Source of the DNA: a virus
Length of the DNA stretch: 64,000 bases
Direction: 5' to 3' (one strand)
Virus record (IMG/VR): IMGVR_UViG_3300037041_002705
Location: 1 to 64,000 of that record
Under the pieces are notes generated by a model. That model was given only the letters and a program-made list of their open reading frames with translations, searched no databases and had not been told where the DNA came from. Positions 45,712 through 56,300 of this stretch are shown here, in pieces; positions within the stretch are counted from its first letter, which is position 1, and the number at the start of each line of letters is the position of its first letter. The position numbers and the translations under genes were made by a program.

Positions 45712-46641
45712 ATGAACAGTATATTCGATGAAGAAAATGAAGAATATCTAAAGAAGTTCATAGAGTCTGATGAAAAGCTAGAGACCAACCCAAAGGAAGC
45801 ATTAGAGAAGGTTTTATCTAAAAGGCAGGACATAAGAGAGCTGCCAGGTAACAAGTCAGTATCTCCTACCATTCTTCCATCAAAGGGAATATTCTATCCA
45901 AAGGACCTTGTGATTGCAATATCACCATTGAAGGTGAAACACATAAGGCACTTTTCAACGATAGATGAAACCGATGAAATAGACATAAGCTCAAAGCTTA
46001 ACTTTGTCATCAATTCATCTGTGTCAGTTCAGACTTCCCTTCAGGGATTCACACCATCTTCATTGTTGGAGATAGATCGTCTTTATCTACTGTTCCTGGT
46101 AAGAAACATAACGTTCACAGAGTTTCCATCGATCATAAAGCTTGAATCAACATGTGATAGCTGTGGACACGGTGACATGGTCGATGTCAAGGCAGAACGT
46201 CTTGGTGCAATACGAGAAGGTGCGCTGGATGACTATTTGGCAGAATACTCAGAAGGTACAAGATCGATAGAGGTGAACATGCAGAACGAAACCATAAACC
46301 TCTACCTTCCTAGCATGCATAATCTTGAACTATCAAGAAAGGACATACTGCAACACGGCCTAGCACCTGAGCAGCAAGATAAGTTCATGCTGTGCTTCCT
46401 TGTTCCTCCTGGAAGAAACCTCACACAAAAGGATTTTTCATTGTTTGAACAAGAAATAGAGGAATGGAGCCCTGATAAATACTCTGTAATCAGATCTTTC
46501 ATCAATAAGGTAAATTCTGCATACTCTATTGATGTGTACTATAAGTGTTCTGACTGTGGCGCCGGGGTCGCTACGCCGCTTCGATTTCACAGAGGAATTA
46601 AAGAACTGTTTGTTCCAGAGTTTTCAAATAGACCTCAATGA
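45712..46641 (+). CDS. baseplate hub assembly protein (T4 gp26-like)
   Basis: LPSKGIFYP, DRLYLLFLVRNIT, CDSCG and CSDCG Zn-finger pairs. Confidence 0.8.
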   Translation: MNSIFDEENEEYLKKFIESDEKLETNPKEALEKVLSKRQDIRELPGNKSVSPTILPSKGIFYPKDLVIAISPLKVKHIRHFSTIDETDEIDISSKLNFVINSSVSVQTSLQGFTPSSLLEIDRLYLLFLVRNITFTEFPSIIKLESTCDSCGHGDMVDVKAERLGAIREGALDDYLAEYSEGTRSIEVNMQNETINLYLPSMHNLELSRKDILQHGLAPEQQDKFMLCFLVPPGRNLTQKDFSLFEQEIEEWSPDKYSVIRSFINKVNSAYSIDVYYKCSDCGAGVATPLRFHRGIKELFVPEFSNRPQ

Positions 46642-46801
46642 TTTCTTTAAGACAAAAATGATACTTTACTACAAGCTAAATAGGACCGATACTGAGATAG
46701 AATCATATCCATATTACGAATACCAGATGTTGATTGAGAACTACGTAGATCTTTTGGACAAGATAGAAGAGATGAAGGAAGGAAAGCAAAAACTGATATA
46801 A
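46610..46801 (+). CDS. gp51-like hub assembly chaperone (TTG start or frameshift extension of gp26)
   Basis: DLNDFFKTKMILYYKLNRTDTEIESYPYYEYQMLI resembles the T4-type gp51 pattern; first in-frame ATG is at 46658. Confidence 0.6.
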   Translation: MFQSFQIDLNDFFKTKMILYYKLNRTDTEIESYPYYEYQMLIENYVDLLDKIEEMKEGKQKLI

Positions 46802-46804
46802 TAA

Positions 46805-48463
46805 ATGGCGGCACTACAACAATTCCAGCTCTACATTAAGGGCAATGGTCTTTATTCCATAACAGACTCAGGCCTTTACTACAATGAGCTCATTGAGAGC
46901 TTCTTTTCCCCATCAGGAAGAGCAGAGGCATCGTCATTCAAAGAAAGAGCATACAATGACCTGGAGCTGTCGTACGATGTAACAATAGATACACTGGAGT
47001 ACCCAACTCTTAACGATTATGCAAAGAAGATCGAGGAAGGCCTAAATGCTTCAGTAAAAGATAAGAAGATAACGTACGAAATCTTCAAAACAGGGGGCAC
47101 AAATCCAAGGGACGTCATATACTTTACGTTGGATTACAAGTATAAGATGGAGGACCTGGAACGTGACATAAAAAAGGCACAGACAAAGTATGCAAAAGAG
47201 CAGAGCCTGATATCTGAATACAACAAAGCCATTGATAAGGGAGATGTAAAAAAGGCAGCTGAACTAAAGGCAAAGCTAGAAGAAGCCCAGAAGCTTGAAG
47301 TAACACCAGTAACTTCCGCAGCAGAGACTGAGCTTGAGAAGAAAGCAATAGGAACAGAAGAGACTGCTGAAGTGACAGCACCGCCTGCTACTCCACCTGC
47401 CCAGGTGCAACAGGCCCCTGCAGTTCAACCTGTCATTGTAACCCCTACAGAAAAGAACACGGTAGTCAGCACAAAAGAAAAGTCAAAAGAGAAGTCTTTG
47501 ATTGAATCAGTATCAAGCAGCGTGTTTGATAAAAAGATTCTTGAGTATGAAAAATCCTCATCAGAGAGGATGTTGGCATCAAAGGGATCTTCTCCAGAAA
47601 AACAACCTACGGTCTCAATACTCCCAGAAAAGGGTGGTATACTCTCAGAAAGCACAATCCTAAAAGAGGTCCAGTCAATTGAAAGGCTCCTGACAGAAGG
47701 AGTGCCTGGAATAGCAACTGCAGCAGTAAAGTCAATAGTTCCAACCGAAGTATCAAAGATCATGACAACTGTGCTCTCTGGTGAAACCTCCAAGGATGCA
47801 ACATCATTCATTGGAAAGGAAGTCACAGACACAATAAAGAATCAGGTAACGCAGGCAGGATCTATAATATCATCGATATCTGATACTGTGAAGCTGATGC
47901 AAAACTCTATAAGTTCAGTTTCATCAACACTACAGGATGCTACTCTAAAGATAGATTCAGCATTCAATAGTGTTGCAAAGGAGTCATCATCGATAGTTGG
48001 CCTTGCAACATCCACAATCGATGGCATAACAAACAAACTAAGTGATGTTGCGGTAAGATCCGAAAAGAGTTCATCAGACAGCACCATCCTTGCTGACATA
48101 CAAAAGAAGATCGTTGGGCTTGAGACAGTGTCACCTTTGAAGACGGAGTTAGGGGCAATGACGACAAACATCGGAAATGCACTAAAAAGTATTGTAACCA
48201 ATATCACAGAAGGTGGTAAAACAAGTACCACACAGGTGTCTTCGCCATCAAGTGTTTCTCTGACAAACCCAACAAACACGTCAACCGTGAACCAGGGAGA
48301 AACATCAACGGCAAACCTTGGAAGCCAAACTAACCAGAGTTTCATTGGCGGACAGAACGCATTTCCTTCTGTTGTGAGCCTCTCGCAGTCAACAATTGAT
48401 AACCTTGCGTCAGCGATCATAAAGAACATGTCAATAACTCCTTTCCTAAACTCTGGAAGGTAG
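46805..48463 (+). CDS. putative baseplate hub / tape-measure-like protein
   Basis: 552 aa, coiled-coil then Ser/Thr-rich; position after the hub chaperones. Confidence 0.45.
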   Translation: MAALQQFQLYIKGNGLYSITDSGLYYNELIESFFSPSGRAEASSFKERAYNDLELSYDVTIDTLEYPTLNDYAKKIEEGLNASVKDKKITYEIFKTGGTNPRDVIYFTLDYKYKMEDLERDIKKAQTKYAKEQSLISEYNKAIDKGDVKKAAELKAKLEEAQKLEVTPVTSAAETELEKKAIGTEETAEVTAPPATPPAQVQQAPAVQPVIVTPTEKNTVVSTKEKSKEKSLIESVSSSVFDKKILEYEKSSSERMLASKGSSPEKQPTVSILPEKGGILSESTILKEVQSIERLLTEGVPGIATAAVKSIVPTEVSKIMTTVLSGETSKDATSFIGKEVTDTIKNQVTQAGSIISSISDTVKLMQNSISSVSSTLQDATLKIDSAFNSVAKESSSIVGLATSTIDGITNKLSDVAVRSEKSSSDSTILADIQKKIVGLETVSPLKTELGAMTTNIGNALKSIVTNITEGGKTSTTQVSSPSSVSLTNPTNTSTVNQGETSTANLGSQTNQSFIGGQNAFPSVVSLSQSTIDNLASAIIKNMSITPFLNSGR

Positions 48464-48507
48464 AATAAATGTTTTTTATGCTGCTAATGTTTTTGTATGT
48501 TTGATGA

Positions 48508-48996
48508 ATGCAAAACGATAGAAAGATAAAGAAGATAGAAGTCTTCACTGATTTTGTCTCTGAGATCTCACAGCTTTCAGTTTCACAGACCCTAAAGGTA
48601 GGTGCAATGGCTGTTAAGATAGACTTCTCAAAGATAGGAAGCTTTGGTTACAATGGTTCCTATACTGGTGCAAGTATAAATCCTGGAACAGGAGGCGAAG
48701 AAGAATCGCTTACATCTGGTCATTCTGGGTTTGTGCACGCGGAGATGAACCTTGTTGCAAAGTTCCATGAAATGGACCCCGAGAACTACATAGTTCTCTT
48801 GACACATTCACCGTGTGACATTTGTATGAAACTTATTATCAATTCTGGATTCAGATACGTATTTTGGAAGAAAGAATACAGAATGACCGATCACCTATCC
48901 ATTCTTGGAGATGTTGGTGTGGTGTATGGCGACTTTGAAGAACTAAAAAACAACTATGAAACAATCTTAGGGGACTATCTTGAAAAGAAAAAGTAA
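48508..48996 (+). CDS. dCMP deaminase
   Basis: KVGA, GYNG, VHAEMN, THSPCDIC. Confidence 0.92.
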   Translation: MQNDRKIKKIEVFTDFVSEISQLSVSQTLKVGAMAVKIDFSKIGSFGYNGSYTGASINPGTGGEEESLTSGHSGFVHAEMNLVAKFHEMDPENYIVLLTHSPCDICMKLIINSGFRYVFWKKEYRMTDHLSILGDVGVVYGDFEELKNNYETILGDYLEKKK

Positions 48997-49642
48997 TAAC
49001 CTGCAAGAGCTTGGAGAAATATTCTTCAATCTTAAAACGGAGGAGAGCTTCACTGATGTTTACCATGTTCTCGCTCCAAGGCTAAGAAGGTTTGTATCTG
49101 GGTATCTAAAGGCACCCCAGTTCACGCAGGATGACATAGATGACTGTGTATCAAACTGCATGACAAAGATATACCTAAACATCCATCAGTATAACAGCTA
49201 CTGGAACTTTTCAACGTGGTCTTACACAATAGCAAAGAATGAGGCGCTGAAAAAGATAGGTCGTGCAAAGAAGCTTAAAGAGGCTCCTATGTTGACCTTG
49301 GACAGATGGGGAGGCCCAGGTGATACAAAATCAATAGGGGAATGGGATGTTTCAAAGATACTCAAAGAGTGCATCGATGACTACATCTATAATCCAAACT
49401 ATGAGAACATAGACTTTGATCACTCAGACAACATAACAAAGGTCATACTTGAGGAGATAAAAAATCTCAACCCAAAGTATAAAGAGATTCTCTGGGATCG
49501 TGAAGTAAATGAAATGTCATACATTGATCTTGCAAAGAAATACGATCTCAACCTAAACACTCTGAAGGTTTACATCCATAAAGGAAGAAAGATCCTTCAA
49601 AAAAGGTTAAAGAAGGTCTATGAAGAATGGAAGAATTCGTAA
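48980..49642 (+). CDS. ECF-like sigma-70 family sigma factor
   Basis: Region 2 DDCVSNCMTKIY...FSTWSYTIAKNEAL; region 4 MSYIDLA...NLNTLKVYIHKGRKIL; TTG start. Confidence 0.88.
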   Translation: MKRKSNNLQELGEIFFNLKTEESFTDVYHVLAPRLRRFVSGYLKAPQFTQDDIDDCVSNCMTKIYLNIHQYNSYWNFSTWSYTIAKNEALKKIGRAKKLKEAPMLTLDRWGGPGDTKSIGEWDVSKILKECIDDYIYNPNYENIDFDHSDNITKVILEEIKNLNPKYKEILWDREVNEMSYIDLAKKYDLNLNTLKVYIHKGRKILQKRLKKVYEEWKNS

Positions 49643-50099
49643 TAAAATAAGAAGGATACGTAAGATGATAAACTACATCCTACTAAAAACAGGAATAAAG
49701 GACCTGTACTTCTACTGGTACATATGGAGGTTCATAAGGAAGAACAGAAACTCTGACATGTGGAAGCAATTTAACCTGCGTCATGACTGGATCGGAAGGA
49801 TGTATACAGTTCAGTCTTACACCTATGAAGATGTATCGCTGCCAGAAGATGTCAGGTATGCACTGGTGATGGATAAAATGAGGCCCCTCATCGACTGGCT
49901 TCAATCAAACAATCTTGGTGAGATTGTCATGCCAGATGTAAAGAAGATATCCGACACATATTCATATCTGGTAAAGTTTTCCCCATTGTTTTATGAGATA
50001 AGCTTCTCATGGCTTTTCTTCAGAGCACTGATTGCATATGCAATCTATCTCATTTACCCATACGCAAAAAATCTAATAGAACATGTATTACCAAGATGA
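49620..50099 (+). CDS. hypothetical protein with C-terminal TM helix
   Basis: LRHDWIGRMYTV; hydrophobic C-terminus; coupled to neighbours. Confidence 0.7.
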   Translation: MKNGRIRNKIRRIRKMINYILLKTGIKDLYFYWYIWRFIRKNRNSDMWKQFNLRHDWIGRMYTVQSYTYEDVSLPEDVRYALVMDKMRPLIDWLQSNNLGEIVMPDVKKISDTYSYLVKFSPLFYEISFSWLFFRALIAYAIYLIYPYAKNLIEHVLPR

Positions 50100-50913
50100 T
50101 GAGCAAGGAAAGTACCAAAATAAGTATTCATTTGAAAGAAAGTTTGGGTTCCAAGAAAAAAGATTCTACAAGATAAATGAATACACAAAGACTGGGATAA
50201 ACTGGCTGTATTTTCCATCTGTCACAACAATAACATCCCTTCTTCCAAATCCAAAGCTAGAGGAATTCAAAAGGAATGTTGGGCTAAAGGAGAGCGAGGA
50301 GATTGCAAGAAAGGCTGCTGAAAGAGGAACCGTAATGCACCTTCTTCTTGAGGATTTTGTAGTTGAATACAATAAGACGCACAACAAATCATTGTCCCTT
50401 CAAAAGGTCCAAGAATATAGCTTTGTCAAATTCAAGGATATGGGTGTATCCCCTGAATCAATCTCCAAGGGCAGAAAGCTGTTCTATAACTTCTACCAGT
50501 CTAACCAATTTCTTGAAGACTTCAAGTTCATATCTGGTGTAGAGGAACCACTGTTTTCATTGAGCAATGGTTATGCTGGAACATGCGACTGCAGCTATTT
50601 CACTGGTAACAGTATTGTAATTAGGGACTATAAATCATCTAGTAGAGAAAAGACAAAGGACGAGATTGAGGCATACTTTATGCAGGTTGCAGCCTATATG
50701 GTTGCTTATGAAGAGATGTATGATCTAGAGGTGGCAAAGGGTCAGGTAATGATAAGCAATGAAAAGACCGGCCTTCATATCTTTGAGATCACACGAGAAG
50801 AAAGGGATATATATTTTGAGAACTTTTTACAACTTTTGAAACAGTTTAACAAATCATTTAATTACGAGGAGCTTTATGAGTTTGCAGCAAGTTCAAACGA
50901 ACGAGTTGATTGA
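50083..50913 (+). CDS. PD-(D/E)XK exonuclease (T4-like phage exonuclease family)
   Basis: PSVTTI, RGTVMH, YAGTCD, DYKSS, YFMQVAAY. Confidence 0.9.
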   Translation: MYYQDDEQGKYQNKYSFERKFGFQEKRFYKINEYTKTGINWLYFPSVTTITSLLPNPKLEEFKRNVGLKESEEIARKAAERGTVMHLLLEDFVVEYNKTHNKSLSLQKVQEYSFVKFKDMGVSPESISKGRKLFYNFYQSNQFLEDFKFISGVEEPLFSLSNGYAGTCDCSYFTGNSIVIRDYKSSSREKTKDEIEAYFMQVAAYMVAYEEMYDLEVAKGQVMISNEKTGLHIFEITREERDIYFENFLQLLKQFNKSFNYEELYEFAASSNERVD

Positions 50914-51448
50914 TGTACAGAACAACGGCGAAGAAGAACTTCAGGTTGTTCAATACAGGAGGATGTCTCCAGAGGAGATTGATGGCCTGAAGCAGAGAGT
51001 AGAGGATGTAAAGAAGGAGTTTGAATCATACAGATACAAGCTTGATGTTGATCAGGATATGATGAACCGATATTTCGATTTCATCATGAATGATGCAAAG
51101 TTTGACGGGAAGGATTGTTTGGGTCTTCCAAAGGTCTATGAGGCGTTGGAGGAGTGTGTAAAGGAAGGAAACAAGATTGTCATGGGTGGAAGGCCACAGT
51201 ATACCCTAAGCAACATGCATCTTGAGGCCATTTACTACTACCTAACGAAGGTAACTGGTCAAGGTCTTAGAGAAGCAAGCAGCCTAAAGGAGCTTCTTGA
51301 TCCTATTCTTGATTCCCTTTCAAGGGCAGTGGTCCGCCGAAACACTCTTCAGTCATTCCTTGAGAAGGCAGAAGCAAAGCTTCATGGCATCATTGATCCT
51401 GATGAAAATATTTATCCAGAATACGAAGAAAATGTCCAGGGAGAATAA
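50876..51448 (+). CDS. hypothetical protein
   Basis: 190-aa helical ORF in the operon. Confidence 0.7.
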   Translation: MSLQQVQTNELIDVQNNGEEELQVVQYRRMSPEEIDGLKQRVEDVKKEFESYRYKLDVDQDMMNRYFDFIMNDAKFDGKDCLGLPKVYEALEECVKEGNKIVMGGRPQYTLSNMHLEAIYYYLTKVTGQGLREASSLKELLDPILDSLSRAVVRRNTLQSFLEKAEAKLHGIIDPDENIYPEYEENVQGE

Positions 51449-51743
51449 ATACCTGAGGGATTTTTTGAACCTCCTAGATGACGATCAAGTATTTCATTCC
51501 TACTTGACGAACACATTCATGCTTAATCAGATGAATTCATTGATAAGAGAGCTGAATGAGGGAATCAGGACTGAAGCCGAGATCGAAAAGGATGTACAGG
51601 ATTTGATAAGATCGGTTGAAATACTTGCGCCAGACCAATCAGGGATGGCGCAGGTCAACCTGTCAAAAGAAGAGTTCTGTAAGCTATTAAAGACGGTCAA
51701 AGATCAAACAATTCAAAACTTAGCAGAAAGGAGAATAAACTAA
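51432..51743 (+). CDS. hypothetical protein
   Basis: Start moved to MSRENKY; TAATG coupling to the next gene. Confidence 0.65.
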   Translation: MSRENKYLRDFLNLLDDDQVFHSYLTNTFMLNQMNSLIRELNEGIRTEAEIEKDVQDLIRSVEILAPDQSGMAQVNLSKEEFCKLLKTVKDQTIQNLAERRIN

Positions 51744-52027
51744 TGCTAGAACAGATAAAGAAATTTTCAGATGCATTTGCACTCCCAATCATATTGGTCC
51801 TATGCATTCTGATGTTTTTCAGATCGTGCTCAACGAGTGCATCTGTTGCAAAGGTAGAAAAGAAGATCCAATCAATGGATAGCACAACATCTACCCTCAC
51901 AAAAGGTGATGTTGATTCTATCGTGAAGACTAGGCTTTATGACTTCCTCATATTTGAGGAGGATCTTGACAAGGGCAAGACTAGCCTCACGGACATAAGG
52001 ATAAAAATCTCATCAAATGAAAAGTAG
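51743..52027 (+). CDS. small membrane-anchored protein
   Basis: N-terminal TM/signal segment ending FRSC, followed by a coiled coil. Confidence 0.65.
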   Translation: MLEQIKKFSDAFALPIILVLCILMFFRSCSTSASVAKVEKKIQSMDSTTSTLTKGDVDSIVKTRLYDFLIFEEDLDKGKTSLTDIRIKISSNEK

Positions 52028-52832
52028 TCTCATAAGAAAGGTAGTAATAGGCACATTTCTTTCTGTACCTGCGATATCATCAATAATATCGACTATCCAC
52101 CTTATTGATCTTTTTAACCTAGGAAACCCAACGTGGCTGTCAATCCTTTTGGCAGTCACGTTTGAGTTAGGTTCAATTGCCAGTTTGCTGGCAATTTCTG
52201 TTATAGAAAGGATAAAGGTTGGTGCAATCTGGTTCATATTCTTCATATTGTCTGCACTTCAGATAATAGGAAATGTGTACTATTCGTACAGCTTTACCAG
52301 CGATCAACTCCTTTCAAACCCTACATTCCTAACAAACTTCATGGATCTTTTCTCCTTCATAACAGGAGATGAGATGAAGGATGTCAAGATATTCCTTTCT
52401 TGTATAATAGGAATTCCGATCCCGTTGATTGCTCTGTTCTTCCTGAAATCTAACATTGATTACCTCAAGCCTGATAAGACTAAAAAGGAAGAGCCAAAGC
52501 AAGTAGAGCCAAAGGATGAGGAGGACAGAACCGAACAAGTGGTTCAAACAAAACGTAAACCTAAAAGTCAACCGATCGCTTCCGTAGAGGCACCAAAAGA
52601 AGAACCACAACACGATGATCCAACAATGGATGATCATGTGATACTAAACCCTAAATCAGCAGAAGAACCTAGTCTTTCTAACGAAGAGGAGGAACAACCT
52701 ATGCATTTTGATGCTGTTGAAGCACAGGAACAGCAGGATGAAGCAACGGCTGAATCGGGCAAGCACAGGTCGCCAAAACCAATGATATCCCAAAGAAGGA
52801 ATGAATCAATTTCTGTCCTTCATAGAAAGTGA
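52017..52832 (+). CDS. multi-pass membrane protein with disordered acidic tail
   Basis: About four TM helices (ISTIH, LAVTFELG, LQIIGN, IPLIAL) then a charged tail. Confidence 0.75.
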   Translation: MKSSLIRKVVIGTFLSVPAISSIISTIHLIDLFNLGNPTWLSILLAVTFELGSIASLLAISVIERIKVGAIWFIFFILSALQIIGNVYYSYSFTSDQLLSNPTFLTNFMDLFSFITGDEMKDVKIFLSCIIGIPIPLIALFFLKSNIDYLKPDKTKKEEPKQVEPKDEEDRTEQVVQTKRKPKSQPIASVEAPKEEPQHDDPTMDDHVILNPKSAEEPSLSNEEEEQPMHFDAVEAQEQQDEATAESGKHRSPKPMISQRRNESISVLHRK

Positions 52833-52850
52833 ACAAATTAAACAACAACC

Positions 52851-53288
52851 ATGAGCTATACAGATCCATGCTATCCAGGGCTAGACGCACTCTCAGAGAA
52901 GCGGATAGTCTTTGTAAACAATAAGCTTGCAGTATTATCCGGCCAACTGATAAGCCAACAGATACCTCTTGATAGCTTTTTCATTCCTATAACATCTAGT
53001 GTTGTTACTAGTTTCACCCTTGCAGAAGATACATCAATAACCCTTGGCTATTGTAACATTGATAATGCAAGTGGACAGGTAAATGCAATATTCCTTTTTG
53101 TTGAGTATGATTCAGATGTTGCAGATGCAGATAAGTACATTGAATGGTCATGGGACGAAGCCACATGGTATCCCCTAGGAAAGATCCTGGCCCTAAGTTC
53201 TGCTGATAACAGCATGTTGGACCAGATATACCTAAGAAATCCATCGGCAGCCTATCCAGTGTCAATTACAGCAATGATTGCTACATAA
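52851..53288 (+). CDS. putative virion structural protein
   Basis: Beta-rich 145-aa ORF next to the fibre cluster. Confidence 0.55.
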   Translation: MSYTDPCYPGLDALSEKRIVFVNNKLAVLSGQLISQQIPLDSFFIPITSSVVTSFTLAEDTSITLGYCNIDNASGQVNAIFLFVEYDSDVADADKYIEWSWDEATWYPLGKILALSSADNSMLDQIYLRNPSAAYPVSITAMIAT

Positions 53289-53315
53289 AAGTCAGTATCT
53301 ATACTTAAGGCCGGG

Positions 53316-53324
53316 GATATATAG
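53316..53324 (+). promoter_or_regulatory. putative late promoter (GATATATAG)
   Basis: 17 nt before ATG 53342. Confidence 0.65.
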
Positions 53325-53341
53325 AGAAAATAAATCTCGTA

Positions 53342-56300
53342 ATGGCAAAAAAGCTTCAGTCTAACTTCATAAGAAGGATAGAGAAGACCCTGACGTCTAC
53401 CAGGCCCCAGATTCCAACAGCAGGAACTAACCACGTCGATGATGCGTCCTCATGGACGACCAACATGATATACCAAGGAGAGCTTGGTATCAACTTTACC
53501 TGCGGCACTCTTTGGACCCAGGATGGTGACACGGGGTTGCAGCCAAACGCTGAAGATGCCATACTTGATGGCCTGGTGCTTTCAAACGTTGGAACAAGCG
53601 GAACTTACCTTGCAGTATCTGATGGCTACGCAAGGCTAAAGGGAAGGACGTATGTGTACAACACGCCTTCTCTATCAAACCCCAGCTCAATAACAATTGA
53701 TGGCTCTTCTGGTGCTGCAGGCCCTAGAATAGATACGATTGTTGCCACGCCAAGCACCAACTACAACTCTGTAGAGGACCTGTACGAGCTTGAGGTAACT
53801 GTCATAAAGGGCGATGTGTTTGCGCCTGGGTGTCTTGCAACAAAGCTCTGGCCCCCACAGGTAACAGAGCCAGCAGTGAACTGCCTCTCTGAATATGTTC
53901 TTCTTGGTTTTGTATACGTTCCAGCAAACCTAAACCAGTTAACTACGCCTCTCTATCCTCTTGCGGTTGTTGATGCAACACTTAATCCTGCAACTGCACA
54001 GCCTTACGACCCATACAACATAGGATCTGGTTACTACACAACGTTTCCGATGCCTATAATGACCACAAATGACTTCATAAAGAGGAGACAGAGGTCAAAC
54101 TTTGAATGGCAGCCAAACACGCTTTACTTTGAGAAGCAGCTTGTCTACATAGTTAGCTCTGGTTGTGGGACACTCTACGAGGTTTCAGAGACGTATCAAT
54201 CATCGGCTTCTTCTGCATCAGACATATCATCTGGGTATCTGGTAGAATTCTGTGGCGTTGGCGGTGCATCAATGACGATAGACACGTTTGCTGACATAGG
54301 ATATCCACCTTCAGCAGGAGTTCCAACATTCTCTGATGGGTACTTCTCGGATTGGAATAGTTCAACGAGGATAATAGATTCCATAGCATATCTTAATAGC
54401 CTGATCGGAAAGCTTGCGCCTCCTTCTCCAAAGACAATTGATGAGATAACACTCATCCTTAGCCCTACGATGGAGTCGTACAGCGCAAAGACGCTTGGAA
54501 ATAGCATAGTTGTAAACGTCATAGACACAAACTTGACGCCGGCTGTTGTAATAACACCAAATGGCGATCCATTCAAGGACTACAATGGCCACTGTGAGAT
54601 GTTCGGATTCTTCAATACAACCGCAACATCCTCTGGAAACCTCTATGATGATGATCCGGCGTTTGATCTTCCTGATGTCCCAACATATTATACTGTGGCC
54701 ACATCATCTGATGCAACATCAGGATCAATGGAAGTCCAGGTTACAGTTGGAACAGACATATCAGCAAACCCAATGCTGATAACAGGAAGAAACTTGTTGA
54801 TAAGGTCGATAGATGATACCAGCAACTACTTCTATGTTGTCGTTAAGGAACCAACAACCTGGTCCGGTGGAACACTCTTTGTGACAATAAATGACAGCAC
54901 ATCCTTTGCATCGATAGCATCAGACTTTGAAGCATGGGAGATCTACATTGCTGATATGGCAGATGTTGCAAGTCCTGACGTTGAACTAAATGCTGCAAAG
55001 GTTGATCCATATGAGAACATAGATCAGAAGAATGACATATACACTGCATTTAGTGTAAGTGTGGAGACTGCTGATCCAATTGCAGCAACAACGACCATGC
55101 AGGTGCTTGGCATAAACTACAGAGGCGTTCAAGGCGTCTGTGATTTCTATGTTGAGAATCCACTAACTCCTATAATAAGCATGAATGCAGGCCCACAAGG
55201 CATACACACAAATGGAAAGTATCTTTCGGGAGTTCCAGTGCTTTCAACCGGCGATACAATGCTGATGAGCTTTGAGGTTGAGGACGCAGTTAACTACTTC
55301 TACAATAAGGACAGAATAGTTGAGTGTCTGAATACAACAGACTTTAATTCGTACGTTTTAATAGATCAGGACGCAGATGGTGGGGCACCTAGCACAGGTT
55401 CTCCTTGGCCAATAAATAAGCTCCTTACATTCACAAACAACAATACGCTGACCGTATCAGATGAGGCATGTAGTGATGGGCTTAGCTTTAACCTTGCTGC
55501 ATACAACTCAAGGGGCACAGAAATAGCTGATGTTGGTGCGCTGCTTCTTGACACAAATGTTGTTGCTGATTCAAACTCACAGGAAATTCCGACCGTTGAT
55601 GCACTTGATTACCTTGGATATGAACCAAGCACAGGAAGGTACACAAGTGGAGCAGGGGCATTTCCAACTGGTGATACACCAATAATATATGATTCATCTT
55701 CATCATGGGGTGACGCATATGATTCTGCACAGACGCAAGTTGACATATCAACAAATGATGAACTTCAGCTTGGATCAACACAGACAAACAGTGGACAAGT
55801 TCTGTGTGGGTACTATTTCTATCCTAGCCAAGACTACAGTTCAATGGACATATATGCTGATACGTCAGCAACTCCAGTATCTCCTCTTCCTCCTGACTAT
55901 TCTAGCCTTCCTAGTTCAGTAAATGATTACAGGTGGGCAACATTCTATGTTGGATACGTTGATACGGCGATCAAATACCTAAAGCTTAGAATAGTTGGTG
56001 GCGAAAACATAAATGAAGTATGGGATGGCCTAACAATGACACCAAACTTCCAGTTCCAGGTAAAGATATTTGACCCAGATACAGGCCTTGTTACTGGTTG
56101 GTTGGATGGAAATACTGCATATGATTCATCTTCTCCAACAGATCCTTATAGCAATGGTGATGCTGCATTGGACGCATCATTTGGTCAGGGTTCATTGTTC
56201 AGAAGGATAACCTTTGGACAGACTGCAAGAAAGGGAACAGTTTGGGTCAGGGTTGGAATGCAGTACTATGATGATGTATCAACACCAACAAACATGAGAT

